A stretch of 64,000 nt of DNA from an uncultured virus (IMG/VR IMGVR_UViG_3300006149_000734). Lineage: Duplodnaviria > Heunggongvirae > Uroviricota > Caudoviricetes. The position numbers and the translations under genes are program-made. The notes beneath the pieces were generated by a model that saw nothing but the letters and a program-made list of their open reading frames with translations, was not told the origin of the DNA and made no database searches. The DNA lies in IMG/VR virus record IMGVR_UViG_3300006149_000734; one strand, written 5' to 3'. Positions 9,889-17,780 of the stretch are shown here, one piece after another. Numbering within the stretch: position 1 is the first letter of the stretch; every line of letters begins with the position of its first letter.

Positions 9889-10087
9889 TGTTGACCTCCC
9901 CTTTCTCGATTGCCGCCAGATAAAACTCCGCGGCATCGTTCAAAAAATCCGAACGGCTGTAGTCCGGGTTGCTCCGCTTTACCCGGAACACATACTCATC
10001 AATCGCCCTGCGGATGCTGTCGTTGAGGTACATGGTGTACCGGGTCCGCTCATCCTTCAGCTTTTTGGGTCTCCCCATCGCGCCCAT
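9872..10087 (-). CDS. Ribbon-helix-helix regulator
   Basis: GRPKK, YTMYL strand, SRSDFL helix; overlaps ARH start. Confidence 0.7.
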   Translation of the reverse strand: MGAMGRPKKLKDERTRYTMYLNDSIRRAIDEYVFRVKRSNPDYSRSDFLNDAAEFYLAAIEKGEVNNDRDK

Positions 10088-10179
10088 ATGCTCTACACCT
10101 CCTTTGCTTGCGACCTGCCGTCATGGGTGGGGCTTGGTGACGGGCTGCGACCTTTTCCCGTGACCGCAGCCCGCTTTGG

Positions 10180-10374
10180 CTAAAACTCGTAGGCTTTGCT
10201 CCACTGATTGAAGAAGGAAACCGGGTCATCCACTACCTTGCGGTTTGCGAGTTCTTCGCAAATCCATTTTGCACTTTTGATTGTCCCCTTGTAAACCCTG
10301 GAGTTTGACATTGCTATAGCCAGATACAGAATCAGGTTCTCGTTCGTGGCCGCTTTGATCTCCGACTTTTTCAC
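10180..10374 (-). CDS. Small hypothetical protein
   Basis: RBS AAGGA/AGGA, GTG start. Confidence 0.65.
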   Translation of the reverse strand: MKKSEIKAATNENLILYLAIAMSNSRVYKGTIKSAKWICEELANRKVVDDPVSFFNQWSKAYEF

Positions 10375-10443
10375 GGTTCCTGTCCTTTCTCCCCGTCCCG
10401 CCGATGGGTCAGCGTCAGTGTTTGGTTTGTTCGCTTTCGGTTT

Positions 10444-10505
10444 GGCTTGCCTTCATCAGCGGGTAGGTTGCCGCCCTGCCCGGACACCCTTGCGGGTGTT
10501 TCGGC
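10444..10505 (-). ncRNA. Type II hammerhead ribozyme
   Basis: GCC-GAAAC-ACCC(GCAA)GGGT-GTC-stem I-CTGATGA-AGGC; predicted cleavage between 10483 and 10482. Confidence 0.85.
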
Positions 10506-10679
10506 TTAGTTGACCTTGCCCGTCCGAACCGTCCGGGTCTTGTAGATTTCCTCGAAGGCTGCGCCCGTCAGGTCGATGCCAAACCGGGTTTCAATGTTCA
10601 GCTGTGCGTCAAACCTGTTGTTCCCGTTTGCGCTGTAGGTGTGTCCGTCCTTTGTGAATTTCCATGTTGTGTTCGTCAT
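10506..10679 (-). CDS. Small hypothetical protein (57 aa, MTNTTWKFTKDG...)
   Basis: Not in ORF track; RBS GGGAGG; first gene after promoter. Confidence 0.75.
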   Translation of the reverse strand: MTNTTWKFTKDGHTYSANGNNRFDAQLNIETRFGIDLTGAAFEEIYKTRTVRTGKVN

Positions 10680-10713
10680 TTTTGTTTCCTCCCTGTTCGT
10701 TTTCGGTATCTTA

Positions 10714-10742
10714 ATTATAACATCATAAAGTCATAAAGTCAA
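10714..10742 (-). promoter_or_regulatory. Sigma-A promoter of terminal operon with TCATAAAG tandem repeat
   Basis: TTGACT-17-TATAAT; direct repeat in spacer. Confidence 0.8.
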
Positions 10743-10762
10743 GCGTTTTCCCGCAAAAAATC

Positions 10763-10813
10763 AAAAAAAATAATCCCTCCCCGATGCCCGGTGAGGGGCT
10801 GGGGAGGGATTAT
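10763..10813 (-). terminator. Terminator of late/lysis operon
   Basis: ATAATCCCTCCCC inverted repeat plus T run. Confidence 0.8.
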
Positions 10814-10962
10814 GCTGTTCCTGCGCTTTCGGGGGGGATGTCCGGGGCTTTCAAACCCCCTTATACCCCCCTCTGGCGCACAATTTTACCACAAATCTGC
10901 GGTTTTGCCTATCCTCAAAACCTGACAAAAAACCGCCGCTGGGGATTGTGGAAAGTGACAAA

Positions 10963-11322
10963 TCAGCCGGCCGGGATGTCGCTGTCTGGGTCCTGGTTCC
11001 CGAAGTTGGACGCTTTGGCGGCTTCAAAGGTGATGCCGCCCTCCCGGTGGTCGCTCTTTGCCATCGTCAGGTAGAAACTGCAAACCGCGCCGTGCGCCGT
11101 CCACGGCAGTCCGACCATCGCCGAAAGCCAGGGCAGGGAAGCGTCAAATCCCTTGTGGACGCACCACCCGGCGAGTGCAAGCCCTCCGAGCGTCACGATC
11201 CAGAGAAGCCGCCGCGTATCGTCAATCAGGCGTTTGGAGAATTCCTGTTCCTTCCCCTTCTGCCCTGCGGTGCGCTTGCCGCTGGTGCGCCTTGTCCTGC
11301 GGCGTTCCTCCTGCCGTGTCAC
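10963..11322 (-). CDS. Two-TM membrane protein (lysis region)
   Basis: Two hydrophobic segments; overlaps lysin stop. Confidence 0.7.
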   Translation of the reverse strand: MTRQEERRRTRRTSGKRTAGQKGKEQEFSKRLIDDTRRLLWIVTLGGLALAGWCVHKGFDASLPWLSAMVGLPWTAHGAVCSFYLTMAKSDHREGGITFEAAKASNFGNQDPDSDIPAG

Positions 11323-12587
11323 GGCCGTTTCTCCGTGTATGCGAGACTAATCCAGCCAGCCCCGCTCTTGAGCCGTCCCCAGCCGTTCTTTTCCTCCACG
11401 ATGGTGTACACGCCCTTGTCCCGGATGGTCATGGTGACGGCGTAGTTTGTGCCGGGTCCCTTGCGGACATTGAGGGCGGTCGCGGTCACCTTGACGGTGT
11501 AGGGGACTTTGGCTGCCGCCGCCGTGGTGGTGCTTCCCTTATACCCCGCCGCTTCCTTGTAGATGGCGAGGATTTTCCCGGCGTAGCCTGTGTCTGCCGC
11601 CCATTTGCCGGACAGCCCTTCCACGGTCGGTGCGCTTCCCTTTGCCACCAGCTTGTACCGGGGGTCTACGCAGGGGTTCTTCAGCGCGTCCTTCGTGGCA
11701 TACGCCTTGAGGTGCTGAATCTGCGCCCGGATGCCCGTCTGCGCATCTGCGAAACTTGCGCCCTTTGCGCCGCCGCCTACGGCTCCGATGCCGGAGAAGT
11801 TGTTCTGGGACGGCTGGACATCCCCCTTAAACTGCCAGTACCCGGTTTCAAGGCAGGACTGGCAGAACGCCAGATCGCCCCGGACACCCTCTGCCGCACC
11901 CTCGGAAATGTAAAGCTGCGCCAGCTTCTCAGCGTTCACGCCGTTCATCTTTGGCGAGGGGTTTTTGGACAGCAAAAATCCCGCCAGCGTTGCGGCGGGA
12001 ATCTGTGCGCTGCCCAAGATGGCCGTGCTGGAGGCGGAGACGCTCTGCGCCGTTGTGCTTGCGCCCAGCTTGGCGTTGACCTTTGCGGCGATGTCCCCTT
12101 GCCGCTGGTAGAGGTAATCGCCGGGACAGGCTTTGGCGGCGTAGTCCCGGTGGACGGTCATGTTGCATCCGCCCTGGTGGTTCACCCGCTGGCTCTTGTC
12201 CGTAGACCACACCAGCTTCTTGATGCCGTTCCTCCGGCAGATGTCTGCCACCAGTTCAATCAGGGCATTGTAGGCGGCTGGCTTCACGGCGTATGGGTGC
12301 GTGGTATCGCTTGCCACCTCGATGGTGACCGCCCTGTGGTCGTTGGCTGCACTGGATGTACACCACGAGCGGTCTTTTTCTTCGCAGTACATCCCGATTC
12401 GCCCGTCCGGGCCGATGCCGTAGTTGCTGGACGCTTGCCGGGAGGTCGGTGCGAATACCGCGCCGATAGTCTCCACGGCGCACTGTCCGACCACGCAGTG
12501 GATGGTGATGGTGTCGATGGCGTGGTTGCGTGGGCTGGATTTGTTGGGGCTGATTTTGGTGTAGTTCACCAGTGGGCTGTTGCTCAT
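11319..12587 (-). CDS. Endolysin: Amidase_2 + glucosaminidase-like + SH3b
   Basis: ITIHC..SSNYGI..TIEVA; LETG..NNFSGIG..WA; LNVRKGPG..GWISL. Confidence 0.9.
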   Translation of the reverse strand: MSNSPLVNYTKISPNKSSPRNHAIDTITIHCVVGQCAVETIGAVFAPTSRQASSNYGIGPDGRIGMYCEEKDRSWCTSSAANDHRAVTIEVASDTTHPYAVKPAAYNALIELVADICRRNGIKKLVWSTDKSQRVNHQGGCNMTVHRDYAAKACPGDYLYQRQGDIAAKVNAKLGASTTAQSVSASSTAILGSAQIPAATLAGFLLSKNPSPKMNGVNAEKLAQLYISEGAAEGVRGDLAFCQSCLETGYWQFKGDVQPSQNNFSGIGAVGGGAKGASFADAQTGIRAQIQHLKAYATKDALKNPCVDPRYKLVAKGSAPTVEGLSGKWAADTGYAGKILAIYKEAAGYKGSTTTAAAAKVPYTVKVTATALNVRKGPGTNYAVTMTIRDKGVYTIVEEKNGWGRLKSGAGWISLAYTEKRP

Positions 12588-12748
12588 CACTCATCGTCCC
12601 CCTTTCCATCCCCGCCGCAGATTCCCGCGAGGGTTTCCTTGTCCACCACATCGCCGTCCTCATCGTAGACCAGCCCGGTCTTTTTGTCGAGTTTCAGCGT
12701 CCCGGTGTAGGGGAGGTCATCGTCAATCTCCCCGTTGTAGTATCTCAT
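12587..12748 (-). CDS. Small acidic hypothetical protein (53 aa)
   Basis: Not in ORF track; TGATG coupling to lysin. Confidence 0.55.
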   Translation of the reverse strand: MRYYNGEIDDDLPYTGTLKLDKKTGLVYDEDGDVVDKETLAGICGGDGKGDDE

Positions 12749-12756
12749 GTTCAGTT

Positions 12757-13077
12757 TCATGCTGCGTCTCCTTTCTGCGCTGCGCTGTCAGGGGCTTTCA
12801 ATCCGTAGACTGCGCTCTCGATCATGGCATCCAGTTTATCGCCGTCTACTTGGATGCCCCGCTCTGCCAGCCACGCCAGCACATAGGCTTTCTTTTCCTT
12901 GCCCTTGCCCGTTTCGGTGTAGAGCTGCTCTGCGGCTGTGACCGCAATCCGCACCAGAGCCATCAGTTCGACTCTCTGGGTGTCGGTGGTCTTGCTCCGA
13001 ATGTACGGAACGACCACGGCGGTGATGATGGCGGCGATCAGTGTGAATGCCGCTTCAATGATAGGAGTGATGTTCAT
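12757..13077 (-). CDS. Phage holin (LL-H-like)
   Basis: N-terminal TM, AVTAAEQ..GKEKK..IESAV. Confidence 0.85.
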   Translation of the reverse strand: MNITPIIEAAFTLIAAIITAVVVPYIRSKTTDTQRVELMALVRIAVTAAEQLYTETGKGKEKKAYVLAWLAERGIQVDGDKLDAMIESAVYGLKAPDSAAQKGDAA

Positions 13078-13081
13078 GTTG

Positions 13082-13393
13082 TTAATTCCTTTCTCCGATT
13101 AAAATGTCCAGTTTGGTTTCCATTCGGGTAAGCTGTTCTGTGGTAGCCATTTGCTTGTTCTCCAGCTTCTCCATGCGGTCTTTCACTTCGTCCAGGGAGT
13201 GCTTGAGGGATTTCATTTCCTCATCCCTCTTGCTGATCCTCACTTCCTGTGCGGCGGTCTGCTTCTCAATCTCTGCCAGACGGCTCAGTTCCTCGCTGTT
13301 GCGTTTCACCTTGCCCTCCAGCCGGATCAGCCAGACCACGCCGCCGATAATCGTTACCAGCCCGATGCTGTTGACCAGTTCCAGAATCTCCAT
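13082..13393 (-). CDS. TM plus coiled-coil protein (lysis-associated)
   Basis: RBS GGAGG; hydrophobic N-terminus, heptad repeats. Confidence 0.7.
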   Translation of the reverse strand: MEILELVNSIGLVTIIGGVVWLIRLEGKVKRNSEELSRLAEIEKQTAAQEVRISKRDEEMKSLKHSLDEVKDRMEKLENKQMATTEQLTRMETKLDILIGERN

Positions 13394-14525
13394 TCATTCC
13401 ACCTCCTTTCCCCCGCCGCTCCGGTCCCTCCGGGTCTGCCCTTTGCAGGACGAAAGTCTCTGAAATCTTCTTTCTCAGCTTGTAGCTGTTGAAATGCTTC
13501 ATCACGCCCATGTAACTCATCAGGTTCGGGCGTATCTGTTCGAGGGTTGCGTTTCCCTCTGCGTACTGCCACTGAATCCATTTCAATCCGCGCTTTATCT
13601 TTTTGGCAGAGGATTTCCGCAGTTTCCTGTGGGTAGACCATACCCGGAAACCGACAAACTCAATGCCGCAGCGTATCGGGCGTATGCTGGTTTTCCCGTT
13701 GAGGTTCAGCTTCAGTTCTGTGTTCAGAAACCGCTCCACCTGTTCCTTCACCGTCTGGAGGTGCTTTTTGTCATCGCCGAGCACCAGCATATCGTCCATG
13801 TACCTCATGTAAAAATGCTCCCGCAGTTCGTACTTCACGAATTGGTCTGCTTCGTTTAGGTAAAGGTTGGCGAACATCTGGGAGGTCAGGTTGCCTATCG
13901 GCATCCCGCACTCCGTCAGCCGCTCCACCTCCGCGCCCTGCGCTATGTCTGCGTCCAGCGGCAGTCCGAACGCTTCCCGGTCGCAGTTCACGATCCGCTC
14001 CAAAAGCCACAGGAGGTCTTTGTCCTTTATCCTGTGTTCCAGAATCCGCAGGAGCGTGGCGTGGTCTACCCGGTAGAAGTATTTGGTGATGTCCATCTTT
14101 AGGCAGTACCACTCCCTGCCCGTCTCTTTGCCCCGCCTGTCCGCTTGCCGCAGCCAGTATTGGAGCCGGTTGAGGGCGGTGTGTGTCCCCTTGTCAATTC
14201 TGCAAGCGTAGCTGTCGTAGATGAATTGGCTGTCAAAAATCGGGTTCAGCTGGCGGTAAATCGCCCACTGGACTACCCGGTCTTTGAAGCGCAGTGCCAT
14301 GATGAGCCGCTTTTTCGGCTCTGAAATGATGAATTTGTGGTATTCTCCTATCTCGTAGGTCTTGCTCTGCAGTTCCCGCTGGATTGCCAGCAGTTCTTCC
14401 TCCAGGTTCGCCGAAAAACGGAGGACTTCGTGCCTGTACCTCTTGCACTTCCGGGCTTTGAGGTACGCCTCGTACAGATTTTCAAAACTGCAGATCGTCT
14501 GGTAGATGCCGCCTATCCGTTTCAT
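13266..14525 (-). CDS. DGR reverse transcriptase
   Basis: FKDRVVQ, KMDITKYF, GMPIGNLTSQ, RYMDD; likely start MKRIG at 14525 with GGAG RBS. Confidence 0.95.
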   Translation of the reverse strand: MKRIGGIYQTICSFENLYEAYLKARKCKRYRHEVLRFSANLEEELLAIQRELQSKTYEIGEYHKFIISEPKKRLIMALRFKDRVVQWAIYRQLNPIFDSQFIYDSYACRIDKGTHTALNRLQYWLRQADRRGKETGREWYCLKMDITKYFYRVDHATLLRILEHRIKDKDLLWLLERIVNCDREAFGLPLDADIAQGAEVERLTECGMPIGNLTSQMFANLYLNEADQFVKYELREHFYMRYMDDMLVLGDDKKHLQTVKEQVERFLNTELKLNLNGKTSIRPIRCGIEFVGFRVWSTHRKLRKSSAKKIKRGLKWIQWQYAEGNATLEQIRPNLMSYMGVMKHFNSYKLRKKISETFVLQRADPEGPERRGKGGGMNGDSGTGQQHRAGNDYRRRGLADPAGGQGETQQRGTEPSGRD

Positions 14526-14714
14526 GATCCGCTTTCTCCATAAAAAAATGCCGTGCGTAGCAGCGTTCGGCTTTCGCCTACTGACTGCTTTCACGGCAAT
14601 CCAGTTTTTCGCCTTGCGCCGCTGGCTGCGGCCTTCGGTGGGGATATGTGTCCCTTTTGCCCCGTGCGCTGTCCGCGTCCCCGTAGGGGCGCGGCTTCTG
14701 GCTTGCGGGGCGAG

Positions 14715-14829
14715 AGCGGCGCGGAAGCCGATGTTGCCATTGGCGTTCGACCGGGGGTTGTTCAGGTTCAGCGCAGACGCACCTGCGTTCGCACCGTTGT
14801 TCCAGTTCCCGCCGCGAATCGGCAACCGC
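14715..14829 (-). repeat. DGR template repeat (TR), 115 bp
   Basis: Near-copy of 15308..15422 with 10 AAY codons. Confidence 0.97.
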
Positions 14830-14867
14830 ATCGACACAGCCCCCATGTTTTTCCCTTGCGGGGTCTG

Positions 14868-15218
14868 CTACTGCTTCATCGCCTTAATCCACCCGCCGAG
14901 CATGGCTCCGATCTCCGAGAGCATCTTCGACCATATCTCGTATTTCTTCATCGGGAGGTAGCGCATCTCTTTGTTCGCCGCCAGCCGGATAAATCCCCGC
15001 AGTACCTCCAGTTCCACATCTGCGTCCTGCAGTGTGGTCTTTTTGTAGTACTTCTTGTTGGCGGTGATGATCAGCCTGTAAAACGAGTACATGGTCTGCT
15101 TGATGTCCGCTGCGAGAGCGTACCGCTCCGACCGGGGGAATTGCTCAAGGGCTTTGTTTGCGTATAAAATCATATCCTCGGTTTTCTGGAGGATTCTAAG
15201 GTCGTTTCCTTTTTCCAT
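14868..15218 (-). CDS. avd: DGR accessory variability determinant
   Basis: QFPRSERYALA..EIGAMLGGW; lies between target gene and TR. Confidence 0.92.
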   Translation of the reverse strand: MEKGNDLRILQKTEDMILYANKALEQFPRSERYALAADIKQTMYSFYRLIITANKKYYKKTTLQDADVELEVLRGFIRLAANKEMRYLPMKKYEIWSKMLSEIGAMLGGWIKAMKQ

Positions 15219-15247
15219 AGCGTTGTCTCCTGTCCTGGCTATCTGCA

Positions 15248-15270
15248 GGGGATGGGCTATCGCCCACCCC
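15248..15270 (-). promoter_or_regulatory. GC-rich hairpin downstream of VR (target-recognition-like)
   Basis: GGGGTGGGC-GATA-GCCCATCCCC; GRNA-type tetraloop. Confidence 0.65.
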
Positions 15271-15289
15271 CCAGATTGCCGGGTGCAGA

Positions 15290-16408
15290 TTACAGATTAC
15301 CGTAGTAAGCGGCGCGGAAGCCGATGCCGCCATGGGCGCTCGACCGGGGGTTGTTCAGGTACAGCGCAGACGCACCTGCGAGCGCACCGCTGAACCAGTG
15401 CCCGCCGCGAATCGGCAACCGCTCACCAAGGTTGCGCATCCAGTGACCGCCCCGGTTGTCGTAGGCTTCTGCGTCACCGTCCGGCATCAGGCAGAGAGCC
15501 AAAGCCCGCGCCGGGACGGTCAGGCCGCTCTTTGCCGCCGTTGCGGTGAGCATCTGGTATCCGTAGGGAGCCTCGACCGTCTGCTTATGCGCAAGGGCTC
15601 CGGCGATAAGCTGGAACGGCTTTCCTGCGCTTGCCGTGCCGGGGTCTGCGGTGTAGTCGTACTTCAAACTCCCTGCAGTCCCCGGTGCGACAAAGTTCCC
15701 GTCTTTGTCGAGGGCTTTCCAGAGGGTGCTGCTGGGTCCCTGGATGTCCTTGCTGGCATCGGCGTAAATGTCGGCCATTGCGTTTCCGTAGGGGATGACC
15801 TGGATTTCCCCGTCCACCAGCCGCAGACCGCCAGCCCACTCCCAGACGTTGCCGCAGAGGTCGGCGATGCCCGTTGCGCTATTGAAGTCGTGATACCAGC
15901 TGTCGGGACCGCTCCCGGTCGCGGTGCGCTGGATTCTGCCGCTGCCGTCCCTGGCGCAGCTTGCGAAGCCCTTTTCATAGGGTTTGGCGTTGTCTGCGCC
16001 GTAGCTGGTGTTGCCGTGTGGCTGTGTGCCGTTCGCCTTGCACCACAGGGCAATCGCCGCATAAAGGGCATTGGTGGGCAGATGCCATCCCGCGCCCTTG
16101 GCGCGGCAGTACGCTCTCGCTTGGTCGAAGTTCATGTTGACGGCGGGGTCTTTCCCTGCCAGACTGTAGGCTCTGCCGTTCACCACGATGGCGTGGTACT
16201 TGCCGATGTACAGGCAGTCGTAGGTAACCTCGTTGCAGATGAACGCATCGTGAATGTCCTGCGTCCCGCCCGTGATCAGTTCGGAAAACTTCATCTGCGG
16301 GATGCGCACCATGATGGAGGGCATACCCATATCGTCAAAAATGACGGTATTCTTGCCGCCGCTCATGCCCTCAACGGTCAGCTTCAAGCTGTCAAAATTC
16401 GCTTTCAT
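15290..16408 (-). CDS. DGR target protein, C-type lectin/FGE-fold, probable receptor-binding protein
   Basis: DLCGNVWEW, RGG..W, IGFR motifs; C-terminal VR. Confidence 0.92.
   Translation of the reverse strand: MKANFDSLKLTVEGMSGGKNTVIFDDMGMPSIMVRIPQMKFSELITGGTQDIHDAFICNEVTYDCLYIGKYHAIVVNGRAYSLAGKDPAVNMNFDQARAYCRAKGAGWHLPTNALYAAIALWCKANGTQPHGNTSYGADNAKPYEKGFASCARDGSGRIQRTATGSGPDSWYHDFNSATGIADLCGNVWEWAGGLRLVDGEIQVIPYGNAMADIYADASKDIQGPSSTLWKALDKDGNFVAPGTAGSLKYDYTADPGTASAGKPFQLIAGALAHKQTVEAPYGYQMLTATAAKSGLTVPARALALCLMPDGDAEAYDNRGGHWMRNLGERLPIRGGHWFSGALAGASALYLNNPRSSAHGGIGFRAAYYGNL
15308..15422 (-). repeat. DGR variable repeat (VR)
   Basis: 11 mismatches to TR, all at TR adenines. Confidence 0.97.
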
Positions 16409-16414
16409 TCTCTC

Positions 16415-16762
16415 TTAAACCTCCATTTCCCAAAGTGTAAGGGTCACATTGTCCACGTTGAACGGGTCAGCCACGGGACGGATGATGGGTTCGCCGTCAT
16501 CGTTCACCTCGCCGGAATCCTCATCGTGGTATGTCCGGGCGGGGATGTCGATCTGCGCCGCGTAACGCTGCGCCAGTCCGGGGATAACGCCCAGCACGAG
16601 GTTGCCGTAGCAGTCCTGGCAAATGTCCAGGTGCGCATCCTCATCCCTCTCGTACTTGTCCAGCTTCACCGACAGTTCATCGTTGAGCGTGAGCCGGGTT
16701 TTCGCCAGTTCGTACTCCAGATGGCTGTCCTCCGCTGCCGGGGTCTTGAAAATCACTTTCAT
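16415..16762 (-). CDS. Hypothetical tail-fibre region protein
   Basis: Tight operon spacing. Confidence 0.75.
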   Translation of the reverse strand: MKVIFKTPAAEDSHLEYELAKTRLTLNDELSVKLDKYERDEDAHLDICQDCYGNLVLGVIPGLAQRYAAQIDIPARTYHDEDSGEVNDDGEPIIRPVADPFNVDNVTLTLWEMEV

Positions 16763-16938
16763 CTGCTTTTTTCCTCCATTCTCTGAAATTCTTTTGCAAA
16801 CGGCTTGAAATCGGCATTGAATTGCTCTGCCATTTCCCGCTGTTCGCTGGTTGCTCTGCTGTAGTCGATGCCGTACTCGGCCAGCGTCCGGGCGGTCTCT
16901 GCCCTGCGCTCATCACCCTTGATGATTACTGCCGCCAT
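16759..16938 (-). CDS. Small hypothetical protein (59 aa, MAAVIIKGDERR...)
   Basis: Not in ORF track; overlapping start/stop at both ends. Confidence 0.7.
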   Translation of the reverse strand: MAAVIIKGDERRAETARTLAEYGIDYSRATSEQREMAEQFNADFKPFAKEFQRMEEKSR

Positions 16939-17432
16939 CAGATGCCACCTCCTGTCACGTTGTAGCGAATGGTCACGCTCTTTGCGCTGCCGTCAAACTT
17001 GACGCTGAATCCGTTCGCCAGCTTGTTGTAGACCGTCACGATTCCTGCGCTGCCGCCCGTTTCGCTGACCACCTCGATGTTCACGAAATAGTCCAGCGTG
17101 TCACGCGGCGTTGCCAGCGCGACCGTCTTGCCGCTGTTGTTGAACGGGTAGGTCTGCGTGTTGGTCAGCGTGACCGTGCCGCTCTCTCCCCGCACCGTTT
17201 CCAGCCCTCTGCGGTTCTGCAGAACCATGACGGCGAGGTAATCGCCCATCTCCGTCCCGGCGAGGATACCTTCCTCGATGTTGTTGAAGTTCCTTGCGCT
17301 CTGCGGCGTTCCCTGCTGGATGATTTCGCCGGGTGCAGGGGTTTCTTCCACCAGCCCGTTCCCCAGGTTGACCTCTTTGAAGCGGTTCGGAAATTCCACA
17401 ACGTGGTCTTTCCATTCCAGTCTCTGGTACAT
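16938..17432 (-). CDS. Tail-fibre associated protein
   Basis: GTPQSARNFNNIE motif; position. Confidence 0.7.
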   Translation of the reverse strand: MYQRLEWKDHVVEFPNRFKEVNLGNGLVEETPAPGEIIQQGTPQSARNFNNIEEGILAGTEMGDYLAVMVLQNRRGLETVRGESGTVTLTNTQTYPFNNSGKTVALATPRDTLDYFVNIEVVSETGGSAGIVTVYNKLANGFSVKFDGSAKSVTIRYNVTGGGI

Positions 17433-17450
17433 TCCCTGCTTCCTCCTTTC

Positions 17451-17762
17451 TTAGTTTTCGTGAAAATCAAACGTGAAGCGGTACAAAATCCCCGCCGTCA
17501 CGTCCTCACGCATGATGTTTTCCGGCTTCTTCAGCCAGAGGTTGTTGTTTGTGTCGTACAGCTGGATTTCCGAAATCGTCAGATTGCCCGGTGCGGGGTG
17601 GTCAATCATGATTTTGACCGCCAGCCGCCCGTCTGCCAGATACTCCCGCGAAATGATTTCTGCCCGGTAGTAGCTGTTCCCGATCCTGTACTTTGCGTAG
17701 GCGAGTTCGGCTTTGGTGTACTCCTTGTAGCCTTTCAATGCCGTTTCTGTGAGCATACCCAT
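17451..17762 (-). CDS. Hypothetical baseplate/tail protein
   Basis: RBS AAGGAGG; position. Confidence 0.7.
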   Translation of the reverse strand: MGMLTETALKGYKEYTKAELAYAKYRIGNSYYRAEIISREYLADGRLAVKIMIDHPAPGNLTISEIQLYDTNNNLWLKKPENIMREDVTAGILYRFTFDFHEN

Positions 17763-17780
17763 GTGTTCGTGCCTCCTTTT

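Noticed and set aside
13266..14846. RT as a group II intron or retron, and the 526-aa ORF start at 14846
   Set aside because: avd and TR/VR define a DGR; the first 107 codons are the TR and spacer read in frame
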